From contig JBDRVE010000003.1 of assembly GCA_039801725.1 (NCBI GenBank), forward strand, positions 9,418 through 73,417: a stretch of DNA of 64,000 bases, in the 5' to 3' direction. This DNA is from a candidate division WOR-3 bacterium (GTDB taxonomy: Bacteria > Hydrothermota > Tepidihabitantia > Tepidihabitantales > DTDR01). The position numbers and the translations under genes are program-made. This document shows, piece after piece, positions 1 to 7,953 of the stretch. Numbering within the stretch: position 1 is the stretch's first letter; each line of letters starts with the position of its first letter. The notes under the pieces are model-generated. The model worked only from the letters and a program-made list of their open reading frames with translations. It searched no databases and was not told where the DNA came from.

Positions 1-742
1 TAACAATTTGAACAAATTCTTCTAATTTTATACTGGCACCACCAATGAGTACACCATCGATTTCTTCTTCTTTTAATAATTCGTAGATATTATTTTTATT
101 TACACTTCCTCCGTAGATAATTCTTAGATTTTCGCTGATTTCTTTACCATAATCTTTAGAAATTATCTCACGAATAAAACTATGAACTTCACGAGCTTGT
201 ACTGGCGTAGCATTAATACCGCTACCAATCGCCCAAATTGGCTCGTAGGCAATTACTATTTCATTAAGTTTTTCGACATCTTTTAACCCCTTTTTTAATT
301 GTTTTTCAATAACTTCAAAAGTTTTGCCTGTTTTTCTTTCTTCTAAATCTTCCCCAACACAAAAGACTGGCTTTAAATTTACATCTAAAGCCTTTTTAAT
401 TTTTTTATTTATCATCTCGTCATTTTCAAAAAAATATCTTCTTCTTTCCGAATGGCCGATTATTACGTATTCACAATCTAAAGCAATTAAAAATAAAGGT
501 GAAATTTCGCCAGTAAATGCCCCTTTATCTTCCCAATGAGTATTTTGAGCTCCTAATTTAATTCCAGTATTTTTAATAATTTCCGATACGGTAAAAAGGG
601 TAGTGAAAGGAGGAAAGAGAACGATCTCTTTTTTTTCGATATTTTTAATAGATTTTAATAACTTTTCAACGAATTCCTTTCCTTCTAAATGGTTAAGATT
701 CATTTTCCAATTGCCGCCAATAAAAATTTTTCTTTTCTTCAT
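1..742 (-). CDS. tpiA: triosephosphate isomerase, 3' end cut by window edge
   Basis: Not in the ORF track because it runs off the window. Minus-strand ATG at 742-740 reads MKKRKIFIGGNWKMNLNHLEG (TIM GNWKMN motif). Bases 61-2 read IDGVLIGGASIKLEEFVQIV (TIM C-terminal GGAS motif). It follows pgk as in gap-pgk-tpiA operons. Confidence 0.9.
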   Translation of the reverse strand, partial: MKKRKIFIGGNWKMNLNHLEGKEFVEKLLKSIKNIEKKEIVLFPPFTTLFTVSEIIKNTGIKLGAQNTHWEDKGAFTGEISPLFLIALDCEYVIIGHSERRRYFFENDEMINKKIKKALDVNLKPVFCVGEDLEERKTGKTFEVIEKQLKKGLKDVEKLNEIVIAYEPIWAIGSGINATPVQAREVHSFIREIISKDYGKEISENLRIIYGGSVNKNNIYELLKEEEIDGVLIGGASIKLEEFVQIV

Positions 743-749
743 TTCAAAT

Positions 750-1916
750 TTATAAAAGGGCTTTTAAGCCTGGTAATTCTTTTCCTTCTAAAAACTCTAA
801 AGTAGCACCACCGGCCATAGAAATAAATGAAAATTTGTCGATACAATTGAATTTATTTATTGCTGCCACGGTATCACCGCCACCGGCTAAACTGAAAGTA
901 CCTTTTTGAGTAACCTCAGCGATTGCTTTTATAATTTCTCTTGTACCACAGCTAAAGGGTTCAATTTCAAATATTCCTAAAGGACCACAAAATATAATCG
1001 TTTTTGCTTCTTTAATTATTTTCACATATTGGGTAATTGTTTCTTTACCAATATCTACACCGTAATAGTCTTTTCTTATCTCTTCTATTGGAGTATTATA
1101 GTAATGAGCATTTTCCGAAATTTCGGAAGCAATTAAGATATCTTTGGGTAGGATAACTTTTTCTTCCTTAGCCAACAATTCACCTTCTTTTAAAAGATTT
1201 TCTTCGTATATCGATTTGCCGATTTCGTATCCTAACGCTTTAAAAATTGTAAAAATTACACCACCTCCTAACAGAACTTTATCAACTTTTGGTAAAAGAT
1301 TTTTTATTACCCCTAATTTATCAGAAATTTTAGCTCCGCCAATTATTAAAATTGCTGGTCTTTTAACCTCATCAAAAATTTTTTTTAAATTTTCCACTTC
1401 TTTTAGAAATTGAAAGCCAGCACATTTTTCTTTTATAAACTGAGTAATACCAACAATAGAAGCGTGTGCCCGATGAGAAGCAGAAAAAGCATCATTTACA
1501 TACACATCTATTTCGGTAGCTAATTCTCTTGCAAAATTAAGATCATTTTTTTCTTCTTCTTCATAAAATCTTAAATTTTCTAACAAATAAATTTCACCAA
1601 ATTTAGCCCTTTTCTTTCTTTCTAAAACTTTTTCACCGATACAATCTTCTAAAAAAATTACTTCTTTATTTAGGAGTTTTGATAAATGAGAAGCAATCGG
1701 AAATAAAGAAAATTCCTCTTTTTTTTCTTTTTTAGGTCTTCCTAAATGAGACGCAATAAAGAGAATAGTGGGAAAATTCAAAATAAAAAAAATAGTCTCC
1801 AAAGAGGCACGGATTCGTGAGTCGTCAAGAATTTTTCTTTCCTTTAAAGGGACGTTATAATCTACCCTTAAAAATATTTTCTTATAATTTAAATCAATAT
1901 CTTTTATTGATTTCAT
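750..1916 (-). CDS. pgk: phosphoglycerate kinase
   Basis: 388 aa, full PGK length. N-terminal FLRVDYNVPL and C-terminal AGGGDT motifs. Sits between gap and tpiA. Confidence 0.95.
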   Translation of the reverse strand: MKSIKDIDLNYKKIFLRVDYNVPLKERKILDDSRIRASLETIFFILNFPTILFIASHLGRPKKEKKEEFSLFPIASHLSKLLNKEVIFLEDCIGEKVLERKKRAKFGEIYLLENLRFYEEEEKNDLNFARELATEIDVYVNDAFSASHRAHASIVGITQFIKEKCAGFQFLKEVENLKKIFDEVKRPAILIIGGAKISDKLGVIKNLLPKVDKVLLGGGVIFTIFKALGYEIGKSIYEENLLKEGELLAKEEKVILPKDILIASEISENAHYYNTPIEEIRKDYYGVDIGKETITQYVKIIKEAKTIIFCGPLGIFEIEPFSCGTREIIKAIAEVTQKGTFSLAGGGDTVAAINKFNCIDKFSFISMAGGATLEFLEGKELPGLKALL

Positions 1917-1935
1917 ATTTTTTATGTTTTTAAAA

Positions 1936-2946
1936 TTATTTTAAATTTTTGGCCACTAATTCCGCTAATTCTACAACGCGGCAAGAATAGCCCCACTCAT
2001 TATCATACCAGGCATATACTTTGACAAAATTGTTATCAATCACATCGGTAAGAGTAGCGTCAAAGATACAAGAATAAGGATTTCCGACAAAATCTTGAGA
2101 AACTAATTCCTCTTCAACATATTGAAGATATTTACTTAAATAAGTTTGGCTTGCTTTTTTAAATACCTGGTTTACTTCTTCTTTGTTTGTCTGCTTTTCA
2201 ACCACACAAGATAAATCCACCATCGAAACATTTGCTACCGGTACTCTTATTGCTATGCCGGAAATTTTCCCTTTTAATTCTGGAAAGATGACACCAATCA
2301 TTTTCGCTGCTCCGGTGGTGGTGGGAATCATTGATAGACCGCATGCTCGAGCTCGTCGTAAATCTTTATGGGGAGCATCTAAAATTCTTTGGTCATTGGT
2401 GTAAGCATGAATTGTTGTCATGTAACCAGAAATAATTCTAAAGTTTTCGTGAAGAACTTTTATTAATGGTAAAAGACAATTAGTTGTGCAAGAAGCATTG
2501 GAAATAATATGATCTTTTTCCGGGTCGTAATCCTTTTCATTTATTCCTAAAACAAAAGATTTGATTTCTTTTTCATCTTTTGGGGGAGCAGTTAAAATTA
2601 CCTTTTTGGCACCATTTTTGAGATGATTTTCTAGTTCTTCTTTTTTACGAAACACACCGCTTGCTTCAATTACAATGTCGACTTTTAATTTTTCCCAGGG
2701 TAAATTTTTAATATCTCTTTCATTTAGCACAAAAATTTCTCGCTCCTTTACAATCAATCTATCTTTTTCTGCTTTTATTTCATAAGGAGATTGCCCGTGA
2801 ACGGAGTCATACTTTAAAAGGTGTCCTAAAATTTTACCATCAGCCACATCATTAATAGCAACAAATTCTAAATTTTTATTTTCTAACCCAATTCTTAATA
2901 CTAATCTACCGATTCGACCAAATCCATTTATTGCTATTCTTGCCAT
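1936..2946 (-). CDS. gap: glyceraldehyde-3-phosphate dehydrogenase (type I)
   Basis: INGFGRIGR Rossmann motif and SNASCTTNCL catalytic-Cys motif. The ORF-track start at 2958 is a TTG. The ATG at 2946 lies 5 nt after GGAGG and gives the canonical MARIAINGFGRIGR N-terminus. Confidence 0.95.
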   Translation of the reverse strand: MARIAINGFGRIGRLVLRIGLENKNLEFVAINDVADGKILGHLLKYDSVHGQSPYEIKAEKDRLIVKEREIFVLNERDIKNLPWEKLKVDIVIEASGVFRKKEELENHLKNGAKKVILTAPPKDEKEIKSFVLGINEKDYDPEKDHIISNASCTTNCLLPLIKVLHENFRIISGYMTTIHAYTNDQRILDAPHKDLRRARACGLSMIPTTTGAAKMIGVIFPELKGKISGIAIRVPVANVSMVDLSCVVEKQTNKEEVNQVFKKASQTYLSKYLQYVEEELVSQDFVGNPYSCIFDATLTDVIDNNFVKVYAWYDNEWGYSCRVVELAELVAKNLK

Positions 2947-2968
2947 TTTTACCTCCAAATAACTTTTT

Positions 2969-3010
2969 ATTATAAAGAAACTTGAAAAAAAATCAAGTTT
3001 ATATTATTTT
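2969..3010. promoter_or_regulatory. divergent sigma70-type promoters for gap (-) and the thyX-like gene (+) sharing one palindrome
   Basis: Palindrome AAACTTGA-A7-TCAAGTTT at 2978-3000. Minus strand: TTGATT (2996-2991), N16, TATAAT (2974-2969). Plus strand: TTGAAA (2982-2987), N17, TATTTT (3005-3010). Confidence 0.5.
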
Positions 3011-3017
3011 TTAAATT

Positions 3018-4403
3018 ATGAAAGTAAATATTGCGGGTTATAATATAGACACAAAAGTCTTAAAAAAAATATCTTCTAAATATAAAAAACTTTTAACACC
3101 AGAAACTTTATCTTGTGCCTACGCACGAATTAGTCGATACGATCTTTCGATTGAGAAATTAAGAGAAATTGCACTAAAAGAAATTGAAAAAGCAAGAAAA
3201 ACAAATAAAAGAATAATTTTTGAAATGGGCCATTCTTCTATTGCTGAACACAGTGTTTTTAATATTGATATTATTAAAATATCCCGATTAGCGGTAGAGG
3301 AAATTGAGCATTTTCGGTTGGCTTCTTATACTGAGAAGTCCCAAAGATATATAAAGTTAAAAGAGGGTTTCTATATTCCGGAAGAAATAAAAAACACAAA
3401 AATTGAAGAAGGATATAAAAAAACTATTAAAAAACTCTTTGCTACTTATAAAGATTTTATAAAAAAGGAAATACCAAAGGAAGATGCCCGTTATCTTTTG
3501 CCTTTGGCTACTTGTACTCAATTGGGGATGACAATTAATGCTCGTAGTTTAGAGTATATGTTAAGAAAATTCTCTGCTTCTCCTTTAGAAGAGATTAGAG
3601 AATTAGGAAAAAAGATTTTTACAAAAGTAAAAAAAATTGCTCCGTCACTTTTGAGATATTATCAAGCCACCAATTACGAATTAAAAACAAAAGAAGAATT
3701 AAAAAGTTTTTCTAAAAAATTTGAACATCTGAGAAAGTTGGCAGAGGCGGAAGATGTTCGATTAATTGCCTATTATAGTGATGATTTGATTCCCAAAGCC
3801 CTTCTTTATTCTTACTTTGATACTCCCTTTCCTGAGAGATTACCTTTAAATACCCAAGAAAGAGAAGCGATTATTAAAAAAAGTTTAGAATACTTAGAGT
3901 TTTATGATGCTGTCCCCCGAGAATTTGAATTTGGGTTTTTAGTATTTGAAATTGTAATAAGTGCCGCTGCTTTTGCTCAATTGAAGAGGCATCGATTAAT
4001 GACCTTGATAAGCCAATATTATAATCCGGAATTAAAGTTTACTATTCCGAAATCGATTACTGATAAAAATTTAGAAAAAGAGTTTCGAAAAAGAATGGAA
4101 GAGGTTGAGGAACTTTTCTATTCTTTAAAAGAAAAATTAGGGATAGAGAGGGCTCAATATATTTTAACTAATGCCCATCGAAAAAGAATTTTGATTGGTT
4201 TAAATCCTAGAGAATTTTATCATATCTCGCGGTTAAGAGAAGATAGAGAAGCTCAATGGGAGATTAGAGAAATTGTTGGAAAAATGAATAGATTAGCAAA
4301 AGAAAAAATGCCCGAGGTATTTCTTTTGCTCGGTGGCAAGGATAAATATCCCGAGATTTATTATTCTATTTATCATAAATATCCTAAATCAAAAATAAAA
4401 TAA
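3018..4403 (+). CDS. thyX: FAD-dependent thymidylate synthase-like protein with two tandem ThyX domains
   Basis: 461 aa, about twice a normal ThyX. First half has GHSSIAEHSVF, HFR-X7-SQRY and ARYLLPLAT...NARSLEYMLRK...EIRELG. Second half has QLKRHRLMTLISQYY and AQYILTNA...NPREFYHISRLR...AQWEIREIVGKM. Confidence 0.75.
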   Translation: MKVNIAGYNIDTKVLKKISSKYKKLLTPETLSCAYARISRYDLSIEKLREIALKEIEKARKTNKRIIFEMGHSSIAEHSVFNIDIIKISRLAVEEIEHFRLASYTEKSQRYIKLKEGFYIPEEIKNTKIEEGYKKTIKKLFATYKDFIKKEIPKEDARYLLPLATCTQLGMTINARSLEYMLRKFSASPLEEIRELGKKIFTKVKKIAPSLLRYYQATNYELKTKEELKSFSKKFEHLRKLAEAEDVRLIAYYSDDLIPKALLYSYFDTPFPERLPLNTQEREAIIKKSLEYLEFYDAVPREFEFGFLVFEIVISAAAFAQLKRHRLMTLISQYYNPELKFTIPKSITDKNLEKEFRKRMEEVEELFYSLKEKLGIERAQYILTNAHRKRILIGLNPREFYHISRLREDREAQWEIREIVGKMNRLAKEKMPEVFLLLGGKDKYPEIYYSIYHKYPKSKIK

Positions 4404-4421
4404 AATAAAATAAAATAAAAT
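4392..4421. repeat. pentanucleotide microsatellite (AAAAT)x6 spanning the thyX-like stop codon
   Basis: Six perfect AAAAT units were read directly. The stop codon TAA at 4401-4403 lies inside the repeat. Confidence 0.9.
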
Positions 4422-4927
4422 TTTTCTACTTCTTTTTTTGAAAGACTTCTTTAAGAAGTTATTTTATAATTTCAAAACATTTCTTTTTAATATCACTATT
4501 AGAGTTGTAGTAGTTGGTTTATGAGTTTAAATGTAGTCAAAATTTCTAAGTAATATCATATTAAAATTGCTAAATTGATTCAAAAGAGAAAAAAATTTTT
4601 TGATATTTGATTTTAATATACTTTTAACTACCTTCATTTATATTACATTTCAATAAATCGTGTTTTATTAATATTATTATTTTACTGGTTTTAATTTTAT
4701 CTATTCGATGGCAACCTTTAGAAAGTTGATAATTCTTTAATTATTTTCTCTTTCATCTTTAAAATTTCTGCCTTTCTTTTTGACTTTGATAAATTTTCCA
4801 TTACCCCATACTAAAAGAAATCTAAGAAATGATTATTTTTATTTAATACCTTTATTAAATGTGATAATTATACTTTAGCACTTTATGTAATCTAGATTAT
4901 CGTTGATTGGAAAAACTCAAAATAATG

Positions 4928-5021
4928 ATAGAAAAAGAAAGAGAGAAGAGGCATACAGAGATAAGGCGTGAGAGCAACGCTAGGAATAAGTTTCAATAAA
5001 ATTTTTAAATAATCTTCAAAA
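4928..5021 (+). repeat. spacer repeat family, copy A (purine-rich tract with AGAGGC-ATACA-GAGATAAGG core, then AATCTTCAAAA)
   Basis: The core at 4947-4966 resembles 16775-16797 and 35493-35514. AATCTTCAAAA starts 58 nt after ATACA here and 60 nt after it in copy C. Confidence 0.5.
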
Positions 5022-5223
5022 AAATGGCAGTTTTAAAAGGTTATTGTTGATAACATTCAGAAAGTTTTGATTAATACTTTTTATCTAAAGAATTAATAAG
5101 CCGCTATTTTATTTTACATCGTTAGTTTAAAAAATAATTTAGAAGATTTAACAAATTTTTCATTGTTTTTGGTGCTTTTTCTAAAATAATTTCTTTTTAG
5201 TGGCGGTTATGTTGTTTTTAAAA

Positions 5224-5251
5224 TTGACAATTATTTATTTTTGAATATAAT
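5224..5251 (+). promoter_or_regulatory. sigma70-type promoter of the porY/porX-like operon
   Basis: TTGACA (5224-5229), N16, TATAAT (5246-5251). The ATG at 5262 is only 10 nt downstream and has no Shine-Dalgarno. Confidence 0.55.
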
Positions 5252-5261
5252 AAAATAAATA

Positions 5262-6419
5262 ATGAAAATAAAACTGGGTAAAAGATTCTTAATCAGTTAT
5301 TTTATTATTGTTTCTCTAATATTCGCAATAATATTTTTTGTCGTTTCTTCTTTTATTTTCAAAAAATTAGAAGAAGAGATAACTCTTCGTTCAAGAATTT
5401 TTGCAAGATATATGTCCCAAACCCAAGTAGAAGGGGCAGGCAGTAGTTCTTATGAGTTAGACATAATTTTTGAAGAAGTTATAAGGAAAATCGATTTTCC
5501 GGTAATTGTGACCGATGATCGTGGTGAAATCGTTGCTTATCGAAATGTTGGGAAAAATCCAACAAAAGAGATACTAAGAAAAAAATTAGAAAGCTTAAAG
5601 AAAGAGAAATCGCCAATTCCTCTTTTGGTGAATATTGGTGATACTACTAAATTTCTTGGTGAGATATATTATGGTTTGTCTCCTTCAGCAAAGTTTATTC
5701 GTTTTTATCCCTATTATCAAATCTTAGTTTTGTTATTTTTTATCTTTTTAGGAATTTGGGCAATTTTTGTTTATAGAAAAAGAGAAGAAGAAAGGTTATG
5801 GACTTTCTTAGCAAAAGAAACTGCCCACCAAATGGCTACTCCGCTTTCTTCTTTGTTAGGTTGGTTAACAACGTTGGAAGATAAGATTGAAAAAAAATAT
5901 TATGAAGAAATGCTATTAGACGTAAAAAAAATGGAAATTGCTTTAGAAAGATTTTCTCGAATTGGGTTACCTCCTAAATTAAAAGAAACGCCAATAAAAG
6001 AGGTTATTGAAAAAGTTTGTCAACATTTTCAAAAAAGAATGCCGTTAAATATTGAATTGATTTTGAATTTAAAAAGTAATCCCTCTTTGCCTTTAGATGA
6101 GGTGCTCTTTGGTTGGAGTTTAGAGAATTTGTTGAAAAATAGTGTTGATGCCATTGGTGATAATTCAGGAAGAATTGAGATAAAAGAAGTCCCTAACAAT
6201 ATTTGTTACGAAATTCAAATAATTGACAATGGAGAAGGAATTGATAAAAAAATTAGAAAAAAGATTTTTAAGCCCGGGGTAACATCAAAAAAATACGGTT
6301 GGGGAATAGGTTTGTCATTGGCAAAGAGAATTATTGAAGAGTATCACCAAGGAAAATTAATATTAAAAGAATCTAAAAAGAATAGAACCGTTTTTTCGAT
6401 TATCTTAAAGAAAAAATGA
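5262..6419 (+). CDS. sensor histidine kinase (PorY-like)
   Basis: Two hydrophobic segments flank a loop of about 120 aa. H-box ETAHQMATPLSSLLGWL, N-box NLLKNSVDAI, G-boxes IIDNGEGI and GWGIGLSLAKRI. Overlaps the PorX-like regulator by 4 nt (ATGA). Confidence 0.8.
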   Translation: MKIKLGKRFLISYFIIVSLIFAIIFFVVSSFIFKKLEEEITLRSRIFARYMSQTQVEGAGSSSYELDIIFEEVIRKIDFPVIVTDDRGEIVAYRNVGKNPTKEILRKKLESLKKEKSPIPLLVNIGDTTKFLGEIYYGLSPSAKFIRFYPYYQILVLLFFIFLGIWAIFVYRKREEERLWTFLAKETAHQMATPLSSLLGWLTTLEDKIEKKYYEEMLLDVKKMEIALERFSRIGLPPKLKETPIKEVIEKVCQHFQKRMPLNIELILNLKSNPSLPLDEVLFGWSLENLLKNSVDAIGDNSGRIEIKEVPNNICYEIQIIDNGEGIDKKIRKKIFKPGVTSKKYGWGIGLSLAKRIIEEYHQGKLILKESKKNRTVFSIILKKK

Positions 6420-7927
6420 AAATTCTCTGGATTGATGACGAAATAGATCTTTTGAAACCTTTCATTTATTTTTTAAAAGAAAAAGGATATGAAGTAAAAG
6501 AAGTGACTAATGGGGTTGATGGGTTAAATAAAATAAAAGAGGAAAATTTTGATTTGGTTTTTTTAGATGAAATGATGCCTGGGTTGGATGGTTTAGAAGT
6601 TGCAAAAAAAATAAAAAATTATGATCCAAATATTTTTATTGTTATGGTTACTAAAGTAAGTGATGAAGCTTTTATTGATGAAGTTTATGCTAATTTAATT
6701 GATGATTTTATTTTAAAACCCTTAAATCCTCTGCAAATATTAGCAGTAATTAAGAGGTTATTAGAAAAAAAAGAAATTTTTAAAGAGAATTTAGTAAGAG
6801 AATATTTAAAAATTCTTTCAGGTATAAAAAATTTTGAAAAAATTGAAGAATGGTATGATTTCTATCAGCAGTTAATAAAGTGGCGGGAATATATTAACCG
6901 TTTTTCCCTTGATGATCTTCGAGAAAGTTACGAAGACATTTTGAAAGAAGGAAATGAAAATTTTGCCTCTTTTGTTGAGAATAATTATATTAAATGGTTA
7001 AAAAATAATACTGGACCTGTTCTTTCTCATCGGTTTTTTGAGAAATTTCTTAAACCTAACTTAGACAGTTTGCCACTTTATTGGATAATTTTTGATTCTC
7101 TTAGACTTGACCAATGGTTAATTATTTATAATATTTTGAAAGAACATTTTTTAGTAAAACAAAATTTTTATTGTTCAATACTTCCCTCTGCTACCCCTTA
7201 TTCCCGTAATGCTTTATTAAGTGGTTTAACTCCCGAAAAGATTTTTAAGTATTATCCGGAATATTGGATCTTTGATGATGTCGGACAAAATCGATATGAA
7301 GAAATATTGTTTCATAAACTTTTAAACCGAGAGAAAATTTCTCTAACACCTTTCTATTTAAAAGTTTTGAAGATAGAAGACTTAGCCGAAAAATTAGATT
7401 ATCTTATCAATCCTGACAAGGAGATTATTGTAATTATTATCAATTTTTTGGATTTTCTTATCCATTCTGCTAAAGAAGAAGTGTTTATTAAAGAGATTGC
7501 GGAAAATGAAGATTCATTATTGGAATTTACTAAAATTTGGTTTAATTCTTCATTAATTTTTCAATTTTTAAAGAAACTTAAGCAGAAAAGAAGGAAGATT
7601 ATCATCACTTCCGACCACGGATTTATTAAAGTCAAAAGACCAACTATTATTCAAGGAGGTAGAGAACTTTCGGCTAATTTGAGGTATAAGTCCGGGGGTG
7701 GATTGACAGTTGATAAAAAGGCGGCCTGGCTCATTACTCCCAGAGATTTAGAACTTCCCCAAGAATTTCTGGGTGAAGAATACGCGATTTGTAAAAGTGA
7801 TTACTACTTTATTTATCCTACGAAACCAAGAGAATATGAAAAGACTTATAAGTTTACTTATCAACACGGAGGTATCTCTTTGCAAGAAATGATTTTGCCA
7901 GTAGGAATTTTGTATCCCCTTGATTAA
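6416..7927 (+). CDS. porX: response regulator with receiver and PglZ (alkaline-phosphatase superfamily) domains, PorX-like
   Basis: N-terminus ILWIDDEIDLLKPFIYFLKEKGYEV...FLDEMMPGLDGLEV closely resembles my recollection of P. gingivalis PorX. The C-terminal region of about 350 aa contains IIITSDHGF, typical of PglZ. T9SS cargo genes lie in the same window. Confidence 0.75.
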   Translation: MKILWIDDEIDLLKPFIYFLKEKGYEVKEVTNGVDGLNKIKEENFDLVFLDEMMPGLDGLEVAKKIKNYDPNIFIVMVTKVSDEAFIDEVYANLIDDFILKPLNPLQILAVIKRLLEKKEIFKENLVREYLKILSGIKNFEKIEEWYDFYQQLIKWREYINRFSLDDLRESYEDILKEGNENFASFVENNYIKWLKNNTGPVLSHRFFEKFLKPNLDSLPLYWIIFDSLRLDQWLIIYNILKEHFLVKQNFYCSILPSATPYSRNALLSGLTPEKIFKYYPEYWIFDDVGQNRYEEILFHKLLNREKISLTPFYLKVLKIEDLAEKLDYLINPDKEIIVIIINFLDFLIHSAKEEVFIKEIAENEDSLLEFTKIWFNSSLIFQFLKKLKQKRRKIIITSDHGFIKVKRPTIIQGGRELSANLRYKSGGGLTVDKKAAWLITPRDLELPQEFLGEEYAICKSDYYFIYPTKPREYEKTYKFTYQHGGISLQEMILPVGILYPLD

Positions 7928-7947
7928 TCTCAAAATTTATTTATAAT
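7920..7947 (+). promoter_or_regulatory. sigma70-type promoter of the hemerythrin-like gene / uvrA
   Basis: TTGATT (7920-7925, overlapping the porX-like stop), N16, TATAAT (7942-7947), then 6 nt to the ATG at 7954. Confidence 0.5.
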
Positions 7948-7953
7948 AATTTA

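Noticed and set aside
324-539. 71-aa plus-strand ORF from the track
   Set aside because: It lies entirely antisense to the clearly recognisable tpiA coding sequence and has low-complexity composition. It is a shadow ORF.
4441-4460. Terminator hairpin after the thyX-like gene (ACTTCTT-T-AAGAAGT)
   Set aside because: The stem is AT-rich, effectively 5-6 bp once a sterically possible loop is allowed, and has a weak T-tract. Not convincing enough to annotate.
4925-4999. Small ORFs inside the repeat modules: 24 aa MIEKEREKRHTEIRRESNARNKFQ here, 12 aa MEGMIQGRALFY at 16773-16811 with an AGGAAGGG upstream, and 36 aa on the minus strand at 4527-4637
   Set aside because: The reading frames are not conserved between the homologous repeat copies, and copy C has stops. 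Most have no consistent start context. They are probably chance ORFs.
4404-5261. Chromosomal replication origin in the long AT-rich spacers
   Set aside because: There is no cluster of DnaA boxes, only scattered 2-mismatch matches. The one perfect TGTGGATAA is inside a CDS near 33175. No dnaA, dnaN or gidA neighbours are present.
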